Source of the DNA: an uncultured Rivularia sp.
GTDB taxonomy: Bacteria > Cyanobacteriota > Cyanobacteriia > Cyanobacteriales > Nostocaceae
Direction: 5' to 3'
Assembly (NCBI GenBank): GCA_963665115.1
Contig: OY762007.1
Location: 2,496,001-2,560,000, forward strand
Length of the DNA: 64,000 nucleotides
In this document: in pieces, positions 55,224-64,000 of the stretch
How positions within the stretch are numbered: position 1 is the first letter of the stretch
Layout: each line of letters begins with the position of its first letter
Notes under the pieces: generated by a model
What the model was told of the DNA's origin: nothing
Databases searched by the model: none
The model's input: the letters and a program-made list of their open reading frames with translations, nothing else
Program-made: the position numbers and the translations under genes

Positions 55224-56078
55224 ATGAATATAACTGAAATAGCCTTGCCGAAACTACTCAAAGATATTCGTTATTGGCTCTTAGGGATTGCTGCGGGTTT
55301 AGAAGCAATTTGTTTAACTCTCATCTGGAAGGCTGATGATACCGGACATTTGGGAATGAGTCTGCTGTTTTTGTTTGCTGTTGGAAGCTTAACTTGGGAA
55401 AAACGTAATACTTTAAAGTTTGAAAGTGAAGTTATGCCCAGTATTGTGGGTATTGGGTTGATTAGTTGGGTTTTGTGGCAAAGTGCGAACCTGGCTGATG
55501 GTAATACAATGCGGCTTTTATCTTTTACTTCTGCTTTGGGGCTTGCTTTACTGGCTTCTGGTTTTAAAGGATTGAAGCAGTATTGCCAAGAACTTACTAT
55601 CCTGTTTTTCTTAGGTGTACCTAGCGTAATTTCCAGCTTTTTATTTGATATTTCTCCCTTAACCGCTCAGTTTTCAGCATTCCTTTTGCACTATTTTGGT
55701 TTTGATGTTGCAACTCAAGGAGTTTTTATTAATCTACCTAATGGTGGTGTAGAGGTAACACATGAATGCTCCGGTATTGACACTATTATTTATATTCTCA
55801 GTGTTTCCGTACTTGCTTTAGTCATGTTTCCTGTAAATCGCAGCAAACAATTTTTTGTCCCGATTGTGGCAATAGTTATCGGATTTGTCATCAATGGGAT
55901 TCGTGTAGCAATGCTGGCAATATTTGCTGCATCAGACAAAGCTGCTTTTGAGAGTTGGCATGGTGGGCAGGCATCGTATTTATACGGGATGATTGGTATT
56001 TTTATCTTTGGATGTTTTTACTGGTTGCTATTACAGCAGCAAGAAAAAAGTCAAAGTAGTGTGAATTCCCAAAGTTAA
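55224..56078 (+). CDS. crtA: Cyanoexosortase A
   Basis: Multi-TM; V...CSG, NGIR, WH.G catalytic Cys/Arg/His; next to the PEP-CTERM gene. Confidence 0.88.
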   Translation: MNITEIALPKLLKDIRYWLLGIAAGLEAICLTLIWKADDTGHLGMSLLFLFAVGSLTWEKRNTLKFESEVMPSIVGIGLISWVLWQSANLADGNTMRLLSFTSALGLALLASGFKGLKQYCQELTILFFLGVPSVISSFLFDISPLTAQFSAFLLHYFGFDVATQGVFINLPNGGVEVTHECSGIDTIIYILSVSVLALVMFPVNRSKQFFVPIVAIVIGFVINGIRVAMLAIFAASDKAAFESWHGGQASYLYGMIGIFIFGCFYWLLLQQQEKSQSSVNSQS

Positions 56079-56248
56079 TGAATACTTGGAAGCAAATTCG
56101 TATCCCTTTACTAGCGTTTATCTTTACTGCTGTTGTCTTGGTTTTGGTAAGAGTGATTTTGGTAACTGCATTTACGACTAAGCAGAAAGATGGTAGTAAA
56201 TTACCTCACTTACCTTTTGAAACGGCAGCATTTGTAGAAGATAATTAG
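56078..56248 (+). CDS. 56-aa single-TM ORF, probable truncated cyanoexosortase A-associated protein
   Basis: TAATG overlap with the crtA stop; MNTWKQIRIPLLAFIFTAVVLVLVRVIL... Confidence 0.5.
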   Translation: MNTWKQIRIPLLAFIFTAVVLVLVRVILVTAFTTKQKDGSKLPHLPFETAAFVEDN

Positions 56249-56417
56249 TTGTATTTCTCTATAATGTTGCCGCTATCTCTTGCATATATATTTCATTCAA
56301 ATTACAACTACCTTCTGATAAAAACTAGCTAATTTACTTCTAGTTTTTATATTTAATTTGCTTACTTCCACATCTTAGATAAACCTAATAATTCACTTAA
56401 ATTTTTACATTTAACTC

Positions 56418-57188
56418 ATGTCTAAAACAGAAAGCGATCGCTTAAACAAATCGTTACTTGCTCAAATTGGAAATTTAAATCAAACTACTAACGAATTTTC
56501 AAGGTTTATCTTTGGAATGGTAGATTCTCTCCCAGTTATACGCTGGATAGGTTATGGACTTTTGCTACTAGCGCTATTTGATGTTATCGAAATGTTTATT
56601 CCAGCCAGATTTATGAATCCTAACTGGGAATTTCAAACTTTTGGTGCATTAGTAGAAAGAGTTGCAGTACCTTTAATTGGGTTTGCATTTGTATTTTTAG
56701 CGGGACTAAACGAACGGAGCTATAAAGAAGGAATTATCCTCAAAATTCTATCTTGGTTAACTTTATTACTAGGAATTATATATTTTCTCACTGTACCTTT
56801 AGGAATTATTAATACAGTTAGAATTCATAAACAAAATAATAATCAAATCACCGTTAGATTAAAGCAACAACAATCCGTAATTGAACAAGTTAAAAAAAAT
56901 CTGGATGGCCCTGTAACAGAAGCTCAAATGCAGCAGCTTTTAGCACGTTTGAACGGTGGAAACGCTCCTGAAATTAAAAGTCCGGAAGAATTGCAACAAG
57001 CAAAACAACAGCTTTCTACATTTATTAATAAAGGTGAAGGCGAATTAGAAACACAGGTACAAGCTGCACGTTCAAATCAAAGCCTTAATTTACTCAAAAA
57101 ATCTGTCAAATGGAATTTAGGAGCGCTGGTAGGTGGTGCTTTATTTATCACAATCTGGCGCAGTACTGCTTGGGCTAGACGCGGTTAG
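56418..57188 (+). CDS. HpsJ-family membrane protein
   Basis: GYGLL, F.NP.WEFQT.G.LVERVAVPLIG, K.SVKWNLGAL; next to the exosortase. Confidence 0.8.
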   Translation: MSKTESDRLNKSLLAQIGNLNQTTNEFSRFIFGMVDSLPVIRWIGYGLLLLALFDVIEMFIPARFMNPNWEFQTFGALVERVAVPLIGFAFVFLAGLNERSYKEGIILKILSWLTLLLGIIYFLTVPLGIINTVRIHKQNNNQITVRLKQQQSVIEQVKKNLDGPVTEAQMQQLLARLNGGNAPEIKSPEELQQAKQQLSTFINKGEGELETQVQAARSNQSLNLLKKSVKWNLGALVGGALFITIWRSTAWARRG

Positions 57189-57349
57189 GAGATGGGAGCG
57201 AGGGGGAGACAAGGGGACAAGGAGAAATATAAACTCCTTACTCCTAACCTTTAACCTTTGTCGTGCCTTCCACACTCGCACGATTTGACACAATGTATTT
57301 AAAATATGAAGGAAGGTTAAGACGTTTTCACAATTAAGAGTTATAAACG

Positions 57350-58003
57350 ATGGGATTATTCGGACTTGGTAAAAAGCAGACTGTACCTACTCCTGAAGAA
57401 GCTTTACCGGGAAGGGCTTCCTCGATGCCAGTACCTGAGAAACATCATGTTAACGGCAATCCCCTCAAGCCTCCTTTTCCCGAAGGTATGGAAAAAGTTG
57501 TATTTGGGATGGGATGTTTTTGGGGTGCGGAACGTAAGTTCTGGCAGTTGGATGGAGTTTATACTACTGCTGTAGGTTATGCTGCTGGCTCAACTCCTAA
57601 TCCTACATATAAAGAAGTATGTAGTGGAATGACTGGTCATAATGAAGTTGTGCTAGTTGTGTACGATCCGAAAAAAGTGGGTTACGAACAGCTTTTAAAA
57701 ACTTTTTGGGAAAGCCATAATCCTACCCAAGGAATGCGTCAAGGTAATGACAGTGGTACGCAATATCGTTCGGGAATTTACACTTATTCTCAAGAACAGA
57801 AAAAGCTCGCAGAAGCATCTAAAGATTCTTATCAACAAGCTTTGAAAGAAGCTGGTTATGGGGATATTACTACAGAAATTCTTGATGCTCCTGAATTTTA
57901 TTATGCTGAAGATTACCATCAGCAGTACCTCGCTAAAAATCCCAATGGTTATTGTGGATTAGGTGGTACTAATGTTTCTTGCCCGGTTGGTGTAATGAAT
58001 TAA
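57350..58003 (+). CDS. msrA: Peptide-methionine (S)-S-oxide reductase
   Basis: [22 protein letters not shown]. Confidence 0.97.
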   Translation: MGLFGLGKKQTVPTPEEALPGRASSMPVPEKHHVNGNPLKPPFPEGMEKVVFGMGCFWGAERKFWQLDGVYTTAVGYAAGSTPNPTYKEVCSGMTGHNEVVLVVYDPKKVGYEQLLKTFWESHNPTQGMRQGNDSGTQYRSGIYTYSQEQKKLAEASKDSYQQALKEAGYGDITTEILDAPEFYYAEDYHQQYLAKNPNGYCGLGGTNVSCPVGVMN

Positions 58004-58116
58004 AGGTTTGTAGTTGCGCTTTAGCGCCTCCGCATTCGGAAGTATGATGCGCTAAAGCGCTACTACGAACTAATCACTGTAAACTTTGCGATAATAATCT
58101 TGATATTCTTGAGATA

Positions 58117-58228
58117 TAGCGTTTCTCAATCTGGTGAAGTACAGCTTTCTTTATCTCCCCTCTCCTTAATAAGGAGAGGGGTTGGGGGTGAGGTTTTAAG
58201 ATGTACCTCGATAGACCGGGAAGCGCTA
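58117..58228. mobile_element. 112-bp MITE with imperfect TIRs and TA duplication inserted in the rfbB 3' end
   Basis: ta|TAGCGTTTCTC...GGGAAGCGCTA|ta; excision restores PLL-SQEYQDYYRKVYSD*. Confidence 0.85.
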
Positions 58229-59248
58229 TAATAAAGGTTTCCACCATTCGCTGTTGTTGAGATACCAATGTACTGTTAAACGTAAACCTTCTTCAACCGT
58301 TACAGAAGGAGTCCAGCCTAAATGAGTTTTAATTTTAGCTGCATCAATTGCATATCTGCGGTCGTGTCCGGCTCTATCTTTGACGAAGGTAATTAATTTT
58401 TCTGAAGGTTTTACTGGTAAGTCATCTGCAAATTTATCCATTAATTGACATAACATATGCACGAGGTTGATATTTTCAACTTCGTTATTACCACCAATAT
58501 TGTACATTTCTCCCGGTATTCCATTATTAATTACTATATCTAAAGCATTACAATGGTCGCCGACATAAAGCCAGTCTCGCACGTTTTTACCATCGCCGTA
58601 AACTGGTAATTGTTTACCCAATAAAACGTTAATACACATCAAGGGAATCAATTTTTCTGGAAACTGATATGGTCCGTAATTATTGGAACAGTTGGTAATT
58701 ATTGTTGGTAGTTGGTAAGTATGATAATAAGCTCGAACTAAATGGTCGCTACCTGCTTTTGATGCTGAATATGGGCTGTTAGGAGCATAAGCTGTAGTTT
58801 CAGTGAAAGGTGGGTCTTTTGGAGTTAAACTACCATAAACTTCGTCGGTAGAAACGTGCAAAAAACGATAATTTTCTGGTTGATTTTTGGCTAACCAATA
58901 TTGACGAAAAGCTTCTAGAAGCGTGTAGGTTCCAACAACGTTGGTTTGTACGAAAGCACCGGGGCCGATAATTGACCTATCGACGTGAGACTCCGCAGCA
59001 AAATGGGCAATGATATCTATTTTTTCTGATTCTAGAAGTTGTTTAATTAAAGAAGCATCGCAAATATCTCCTTTGATAAATCGAAAATTATCTTTTGCTT
59101 CTAAGGAAGATAAATTAGCGCGATTCCCCGCATAAGTAAGCGCATCTAATACTACTACTCTATCATTTGGGTAATTTTTACACCAATGATGGACAAAGTT
59201 AGAACCAATAAATCCCGCACCACCCGTTACTAACAAGCTACGACTCAT
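58226..59248 (-). CDS. rfbB: dTDP-glucose 4,6-dehydratase (C-terminally shortened by a MITE)
   Basis: TGGAGFIGSN, AAESHVDRS, STDEVYG, YSASK. Confidence 0.96.
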   Translation of the reverse strand: MSRSLLVTGGAGFIGSNFVHHWCKNYPNDRVVVLDALTYAGNRANLSSLEAKDNFRFIKGDICDASLIKQLLESEKIDIIAHFAAESHVDRSIIGPGAFVQTNVVGTYTLLEAFRQYWLAKNQPENYRFLHVSTDEVYGSLTPKDPPFTETTAYAPNSPYSASKAGSDHLVRAYYHTYQLPTIITNCSNNYGPYQFPEKLIPLMCINVLLGKQLPVYGDGKNVRDWLYVGDHCNALDIVINNGIPGEMYNIGGNNEVENINLVHMLCQLMDKFADDLPVKPSEKLITFVKDRAGHDRRYAIDAAKIKTHLGWTPSVTVEEGLRLTVHWYLNNSEWWKPLL

Positions 59249-59383
59249 TAAACTTGCTCCTATGAGAGTTTGTTTTAGGTTATATTACCTGATTAAATTC
59301 TTAATCCTAATCTAAATGCAGGCAGACGTAGCACTGCTACGTCTCTACATTATTGATATGTTGCCTATTAAAATAAAAGAGTA

Positions 59384-60376
59384 TTACTGCAATTTCTTTT
59401 TTATCTTATTGAATATTCTTTGTGTAGATAATTTTGCTAGACGCATTGTTGTTAAAGGTTTAATATTTGAGGGATGACTTTGTTTATGGTCGAAGAAGTC
59501 GTTTAATTCATTCAAAATAACCTGGAAACGTGGAATAATATTTTCGCGGCGGTACTCTTGAAAAAAAGTTTTAGGTAAAGTTAGAGGCGACCAATTTTGC
59601 AGCACTTTAAGAATACGTTGCAGATCGTATTCTTTGGAATAAGCCGCTATTTTGTGACAATTAAATCCGGGATCTAAATAATCTGAAAGTCCACCATTAA
59701 CGCTGGAAAAAATTTGACAGCCGCAAGCCGAAGCTTCCATCGGTTGCAAACCAAAGCCTTCTGTTACTTGCTGCTGTGCCCAGTATTCGGCGGAATCATA
59801 AATATAAATCTTAGCTCGATTGAATAGTTCTGCAATATCTTCAATATAATAATCAACTAACTCTAATTTACACTTTTGTTGCAATGCTGGAACTAAATCT
59901 TGTATGAGATATTCAGAAGATTTTCGTGCTAAAACTAAAACATCAATATCTCGTTCCAGATTTCGATGATTAAATTCATCGCTAATTTGATTGGGTAAAT
60001 AATAAATTAAAGAATGAGGTGATAATTGCCCCCAATATCCTAAAGTATTGCGACTGACGGTAATAATTGGAATACTGGCTGGAAGTTTAAAGCCATAACC
60101 AGCACTATGAGCATGATAAACAACATGATAAGACTTGAGCCGAGGAGCTAGTTTTGCTACATCGAATCCCCAGCAAATTACAAATATGACATCATTTAAA
60201 TTTTGCTGCTGCAATACATCATCTAAAAAAAGCTTGTCTTTTTCCCTTTGACGGTAAGTCACCACCTCAGCATCACATATTTGTTTAGCAAGATTTAAAG
60301 CTTTTAGTTCTGCCCACAAACCACCACAAGCAAATTTACCATCTGTCCCAGGAAGTAAAAAATAAAGTTTTCTCAT
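59384..60376 (-). CDS. Glycosyltransferase (GT4-like)
   Basis: EGFGLQPMEASACGC motif. Confidence 0.8.
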   Translation of the reverse strand: MRKLYFLLPGTDGKFACGGLWAELKALNLAKQICDAEVVTYRQREKDKLFLDDVLQQQNLNDVIFVICWGFDVAKLAPRLKSYHVVYHAHSAGYGFKLPASIPIITVSRNTLGYWGQLSPHSLIYYLPNQISDEFNHRNLERDIDVLVLARKSSEYLIQDLVPALQQKCKLELVDYYIEDIAELFNRAKIYIYDSAEYWAQQQVTEGFGLQPMEASACGCQIFSSVNGGLSDYLDPGFNCHKIAAYSKEYDLQRILKVLQNWSPLTLPKTFFQEYRRENIIPRFQVILNELNDFFDHKQSHPSNIKPLTTMRLAKLSTQRIFNKIKKKLQ

Positions 60377-60746
60377 AACTGAAGCTTCTCACACGATTTT
60401 AGATTTTAACAACGGATGCGTTTAGTTTGTAGATTCACGAACCCCAAAACGGGCGCATCGACGAATTTTGGATTTTCATAGGCAGTAGGCAGTGGGCAGT
60501 AGGCAGTAGTGACTCACCCTTAAAAGAGTGAGATTGAAAAATTGACGTTTTATACCTCGCTGCAAGCAGCCTCTGTATAATTATTTATTTTTACTGAGCT
60601 TTAAACTCAGAACTAAAGTTTAAATTGATACTTCTTACCCACTGCCGACTGCCGATTGCCGACTGCCTTTTTTGTAAATCAGAATTTTGCAAGATATTCA
60701 GCACACAGTTGGATAAATAATTGAGTAATTAAGAATTAAGAGTATT

Positions 60747-61148
60747 TTAACCTTTAACCTTTAACCTTATGAATCGTAAATATAGCCATCCGAAAAAACT
60801 ACCAACGAAATAGACGGGAAAATCTGCCCAAATAAAGGTATTTCCTAAAACAAGTCTTCCAGGTAAAGTTTTACGGGCTGCTTCTAAAAATGGCGGTTTC
60901 CATAGCTGTAAAAATTCTATCGCACAGGTTGCAATACAAACTGCGATCGCGATACGTAATGGGGAAACTTTAGGTAAAAGGAAAGCAAATAACAATACCC
61001 AAAATATCTCATAGGCAACGCTTCCTAAAGCATCATGCAGCCATGCTGGGTTTAATCCTTGAGAAAACCTGACTACATAACCTAAAGGCACGATAATTAT
61101 CATACTCGCTAGCAGCGCTATGCGATATTTAAAAAAAGGTATATTCAT
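60747..61148 (-). CDS. DUF2809-like membrane protein
   Basis: IEFLQLW, GRLVLG.TF.W.D, TM helices. Confidence 0.75.
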   Translation of the reverse strand: MNIPFFKYRIALLASMIIIVPLGYVVRFSQGLNPAWLHDALGSVAYEIFWVLLFAFLLPKVSPLRIAIAVCIATCAIEFLQLWKPPFLEAARKTLPGRLVLGNTFIWADFPVYFVGSFFGWLYLRFIRLKVKG

Positions 61149-61341
61149 TTTGCATATAGACAATGAAAATGAGTCTATTTTAAAGCATTAAAAAACTAAA
61201 AAGCAGAGAACACAAATCAATTCTCTGCTTTCATATTTGAATTTTAATTAATTTATGCTTTTGAAAACGAGAAGTTAATACAGAATACTTATATCAATCC
61301 TGGATCAATTCTCATTCTCAATGGAGGTACTTACAAAAATA

Positions 61342-61914
61342 TTAGCTGGTTAAACCGCTAAATGCACCTTTAGCAGCAGCAATTCCATCTTCAACAGCAG
61401 CCCAGATTCCTGTATCGGGTTCTTTACCAACTAATTGGCGAGTTCCCAAAGCGTAAATGATTGCTTTTAACTGCTCTTGGTGAGCGCGATTTTGGAAATT
61501 AACTTTGTTGATAGGATCGATTGCTTCTTCCCAATCTTCTCCAGCAGTTTGAGCGCACTTGTGTACGAGCAAACCAGTCATTACTAACTGATGCTTCATT
61601 CCTTCGTGCTGCAAAGCTTTTTCATAAAGGTCTAATTCGCTACCACCCATCATTTTGTCAACGGTTTGAGCGAAATTCTTAACTTTCTCTTGAGGTTCGG
61701 ATGCAGTACCAAATTTGCTAATTGCTGCTTCGATAGTTCCCAAGCTTTCTTGATCGTCCTTATGCATATCTTGTATGCGCTTGGTAATCTCTCCATCGCT
61801 GATAGCCGAGATTAATTTCTGTTCGCTAGCAACCATCTGACTTTGCAGCACTTTCATGTCTGCTAATTTCATAGCGATCGCCTTGCGTTGAGTATCTGTT
61901 ATTGTCGTTGCCAT
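61342..61914 (-). CDS. Ferritin-like helical protein, similar to the N-domain of cyanobacterial hemerythrin/HHE proteins
   Basis: AIAMKLADMK..Q, QHE..KH, NRAHQEQLK. Confidence 0.6.
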   Translation of the reverse strand: MATTITDTQRKAIAMKLADMKVLQSQMVASEQKLISAISDGEITKRIQDMHKDDQESLGTIEAAISKFGTASEPQEKVKNFAQTVDKMMGGSELDLYEKALQHEGMKHQLVMTGLLVHKCAQTAGEDWEEAIDPINKVNFQNRAHQEQLKAIIYALGTRQLVGKEPDTGIWAAVEDGIAAAKGAFSGLTS

Positions 61915-62160
61915 AACGAAAGTTATCTCCGAATCAAATACATTCCTAGTTTCACGCTCTTATGAATCAGCTTCATCTTTCGCACGACTTAGAACCCATT
62001 TAAAAAATGGTTATTTATTTGTAGCCATGAATACCACTTTGGGGGGATGAGGAGATGGGGAGATGGGGGGGGACAAGGAGAGAGTTATGAGTTAAGAGTT
62101 ATGAGTTAAAAATTAAGCATTGATCACTACTTTCTACTCGCTACTCACTACTCACTACTC

Positions 62161-62832
62161 CTAACTGTTCCCTGTTCCCTGTTTCCAATTAAGTTTCACA
62201 AAATAAGCTTTACGTCCCATTGCATCGTGCTTGAGGGTGATATTTTCAACTGTGAGGTTAAAAGGAATTGCTGTGGTAATGTGACGCTGAAAGAAAGTGC
62301 CTACATCGGGAGCCAGTTCGGTTGCGGTTGTTGTGGCTAGGCTTAAACCGATTAGTTGTTCTATGGGTCCTCGGGGTAATAATAAATGCAGTCCTACAGC
62401 TAATCCGGCTGTCAATAACATGGCGACTGATGCATTTGTACCGCAGCGAGGATGTACGGCTAAATTCCACTCTCCATTAGTGAGGCGTTGCAGAGCGAGG
62501 TTTACAGCGCGTCGCAAGTTGCTGATATTGGCTTCACCATAAAGATAAAATCCTTCTTCTGTAGATAAACCACTGTAAAGCTGATTATCTATCTCAACAT
62601 TCTCACGTTCACTTAATTCTTGAGTTGTAGAGCTATAGGATTTGCTCAAAATCCATACTGTAGCGTGTTCTAAAGCGTGAACCTGACGGAGCATTAAAAT
62701 TTCTTTCAGCCCAGGAACAAAAGATAACCGTTCGAGTAAATCGGCATCTTGATTGGGAGAGGGTGATATCAAATCCAAATTCAAAAAGTCAAAGGAATTG
62801 TCACTACCGTATTTTAAAGTTGAGGTATCCAT
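62161..62832 (-). CDS. Conserved hypothetical protein (DUF6391-like)
   Basis: RQVHALEHAT, LAVHPRCGTN. Confidence 0.7.
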   Translation of the reverse strand: MDTSTLKYGSDNSFDFLNLDLISPSPNQDADLLERLSFVPGLKEILMLRQVHALEHATVWILSKSYSSTTQELSERENVEIDNQLYSGLSTEEGFYLYGEANISNLRRAVNLALQRLTNGEWNLAVHPRCGTNASVAMLLTAGLAVGLHLLLPRGPIEQLIGLSLATTTATELAPDVGTFFQRHITTAIPFNLTVENITLKHDAMGRKAYFVKLNWKQGTGNS

Positions 62833-63432
62833 TCTTCATCGCTCCCCCACCTGGGTAGGTAAGATATAAACACTTTTAATGTAACCTTTTGAAAAAGGAA
62901 TTATTGCTAATTTTTGTTGATTATTAAGACTATATAAAATTAATCCAAGGAGAGGCAACGGTGAACGAGGAATACAGGAATATTCCAACCATTGAAGCTA
63001 TGGCTAAATTACGGCTAAATTAAAAATTTTGAAACTTATAATTAGAAATAAACAATAATTCTTTTTATTCAGCTTAATTTGCTTTTATATTTTGGTTCTA
63101 ACTTTCCAGATAACTATAAAAACAGAATTTATATTATTTATTGGTATTCTCCTATGCACTACAATTTTTAGGTAAGCGTTCCTTTCTTAAACTAATTTTT
63201 TGAATTTTGAATTTTGAATTTTGAATTTTGAATTTTGAATTTTTAAAGGTAGAAATTGACCCGTCCGTTGCTAGTCGGACGGGAATTGATTGCTGCTAGC
63301 ACTAAGCGCGTAGATCAATACCCTGCGATTGCGCGTCTTAGAGATGAGTTAAGCACCGAAAAGTGAAGCGTGAGGAGACTGGCTAGCAGCAATCAATCAA
63401 AATGAACAAAAAATAACCGTCATTATCGCCGT

Positions 63433-63696
63433 TTAATCCTGCGGTTGAGGAAGAGGACAGCAGTTAACATCGTTTAGACAAACTTTACCCCAGTGCAAAG
63501 CCCAACGGACAAGAGCAACTCGGTTTTCGGTTTGTGTTTTGGTAAGAATATTGCTGATATGGTTATCAACAGTACGCTTACTTATTTCCAGTTTCACTGC
63601 AATTTGTTGGTTAGTTAAGCCAGTGGCCACTAAGTCGATTATTTGCAGTTCTCTGTCTGACAGACTAACAGGGGTCTGAGACTCGCCACCAGCCAT
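63433..63696 (-). CDS. pedR: Small LuxR-type redox-responsive regulator PedR
   Basis: LSDRELQI..LVA.GLTN..IA..L.IS.RTV.NH; C-terminal cysteines GKVC...NCC. Confidence 0.85.
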   Translation of the reverse strand: MAGGESQTPVSLSDRELQIIDLVATGLTNQQIAVKLEISKRTVDNHISNILTKTQTENRVALVRWALHWGKVCLNDVNCCPLPQPQD

Positions 63697-64000
63697 TATA
63701 ATTTCCATCCTCCCAATTAGTGGTAAATGTACTCAATCGCTCTTTCCTATTGTAGAAGATTCTTTTACTGGTAGGCGTTTCAACTGTTTAGTGCAATACG
63801 ATTGTCTATAATTTCTTTATTTTTGCAGTAGGGAGCTATACAGTATTTTATATTAGTATTTATTTTAACTTTATATCGGAAAAAAAATTAGAGTTATTAC
63901 TGTTGGGAAACTTGGAATGCAAGAGTTAATGAAGACAATTATTAAAGAATATTGCTGTTTATTTGTATGAAGCATTGCTTTAGCAGTGCTAAATATTAGT

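Noticed and set aside
63260..63397. Retron msr-msd, 6S RNA, tmRNA or Yfr2
   Set aside because: No reverse transcriptase nearby and no diagnostic motifs recognised; kept only as an unassigned candidate ncRNA

Overview
AT-rich chromosomal window from a filamentous cyanobacterium, probably Nostocales. The evidence is frequent HIP1 GCGATCGC sites, STRR heptamer runs, and petJ, nblA, sigC, pedR and cyanoexosortase A. It holds about 45 CDS: housekeeping genes (mnmG, priA, recR, anmK, msrA, rfbB), a divergent kdpABC operon, two paralogous CBM-like/beta-helix genes facing a TpsB gene, and a PEP-CTERM/crtA/hpsJ cluster. The most notable locus is a complete second clock cluster, kaiA3-kaiB3-kaiC3, enclosed between two co-oriented histidine kinases. 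Also notable is a REP-associated tyrosine transposase (RAYT) with an in-frame stop, flanked by arrays of heterodimeric REP doublets that also occur dispersed in the window. Intergenic DNA is full of REP-, MITE- and SDR-like elements, some nested. One MITE sits in the 3' end of rfbB and strands its last 14 codons. recR appears to lack a canonical start codon. Seven genes have +1/+2 insertions in short homopolymers, most likely sequencing errors. No rRNA, tRNA or CRISPR array was seen. All product calls come from motif recognition; no database searches were run.
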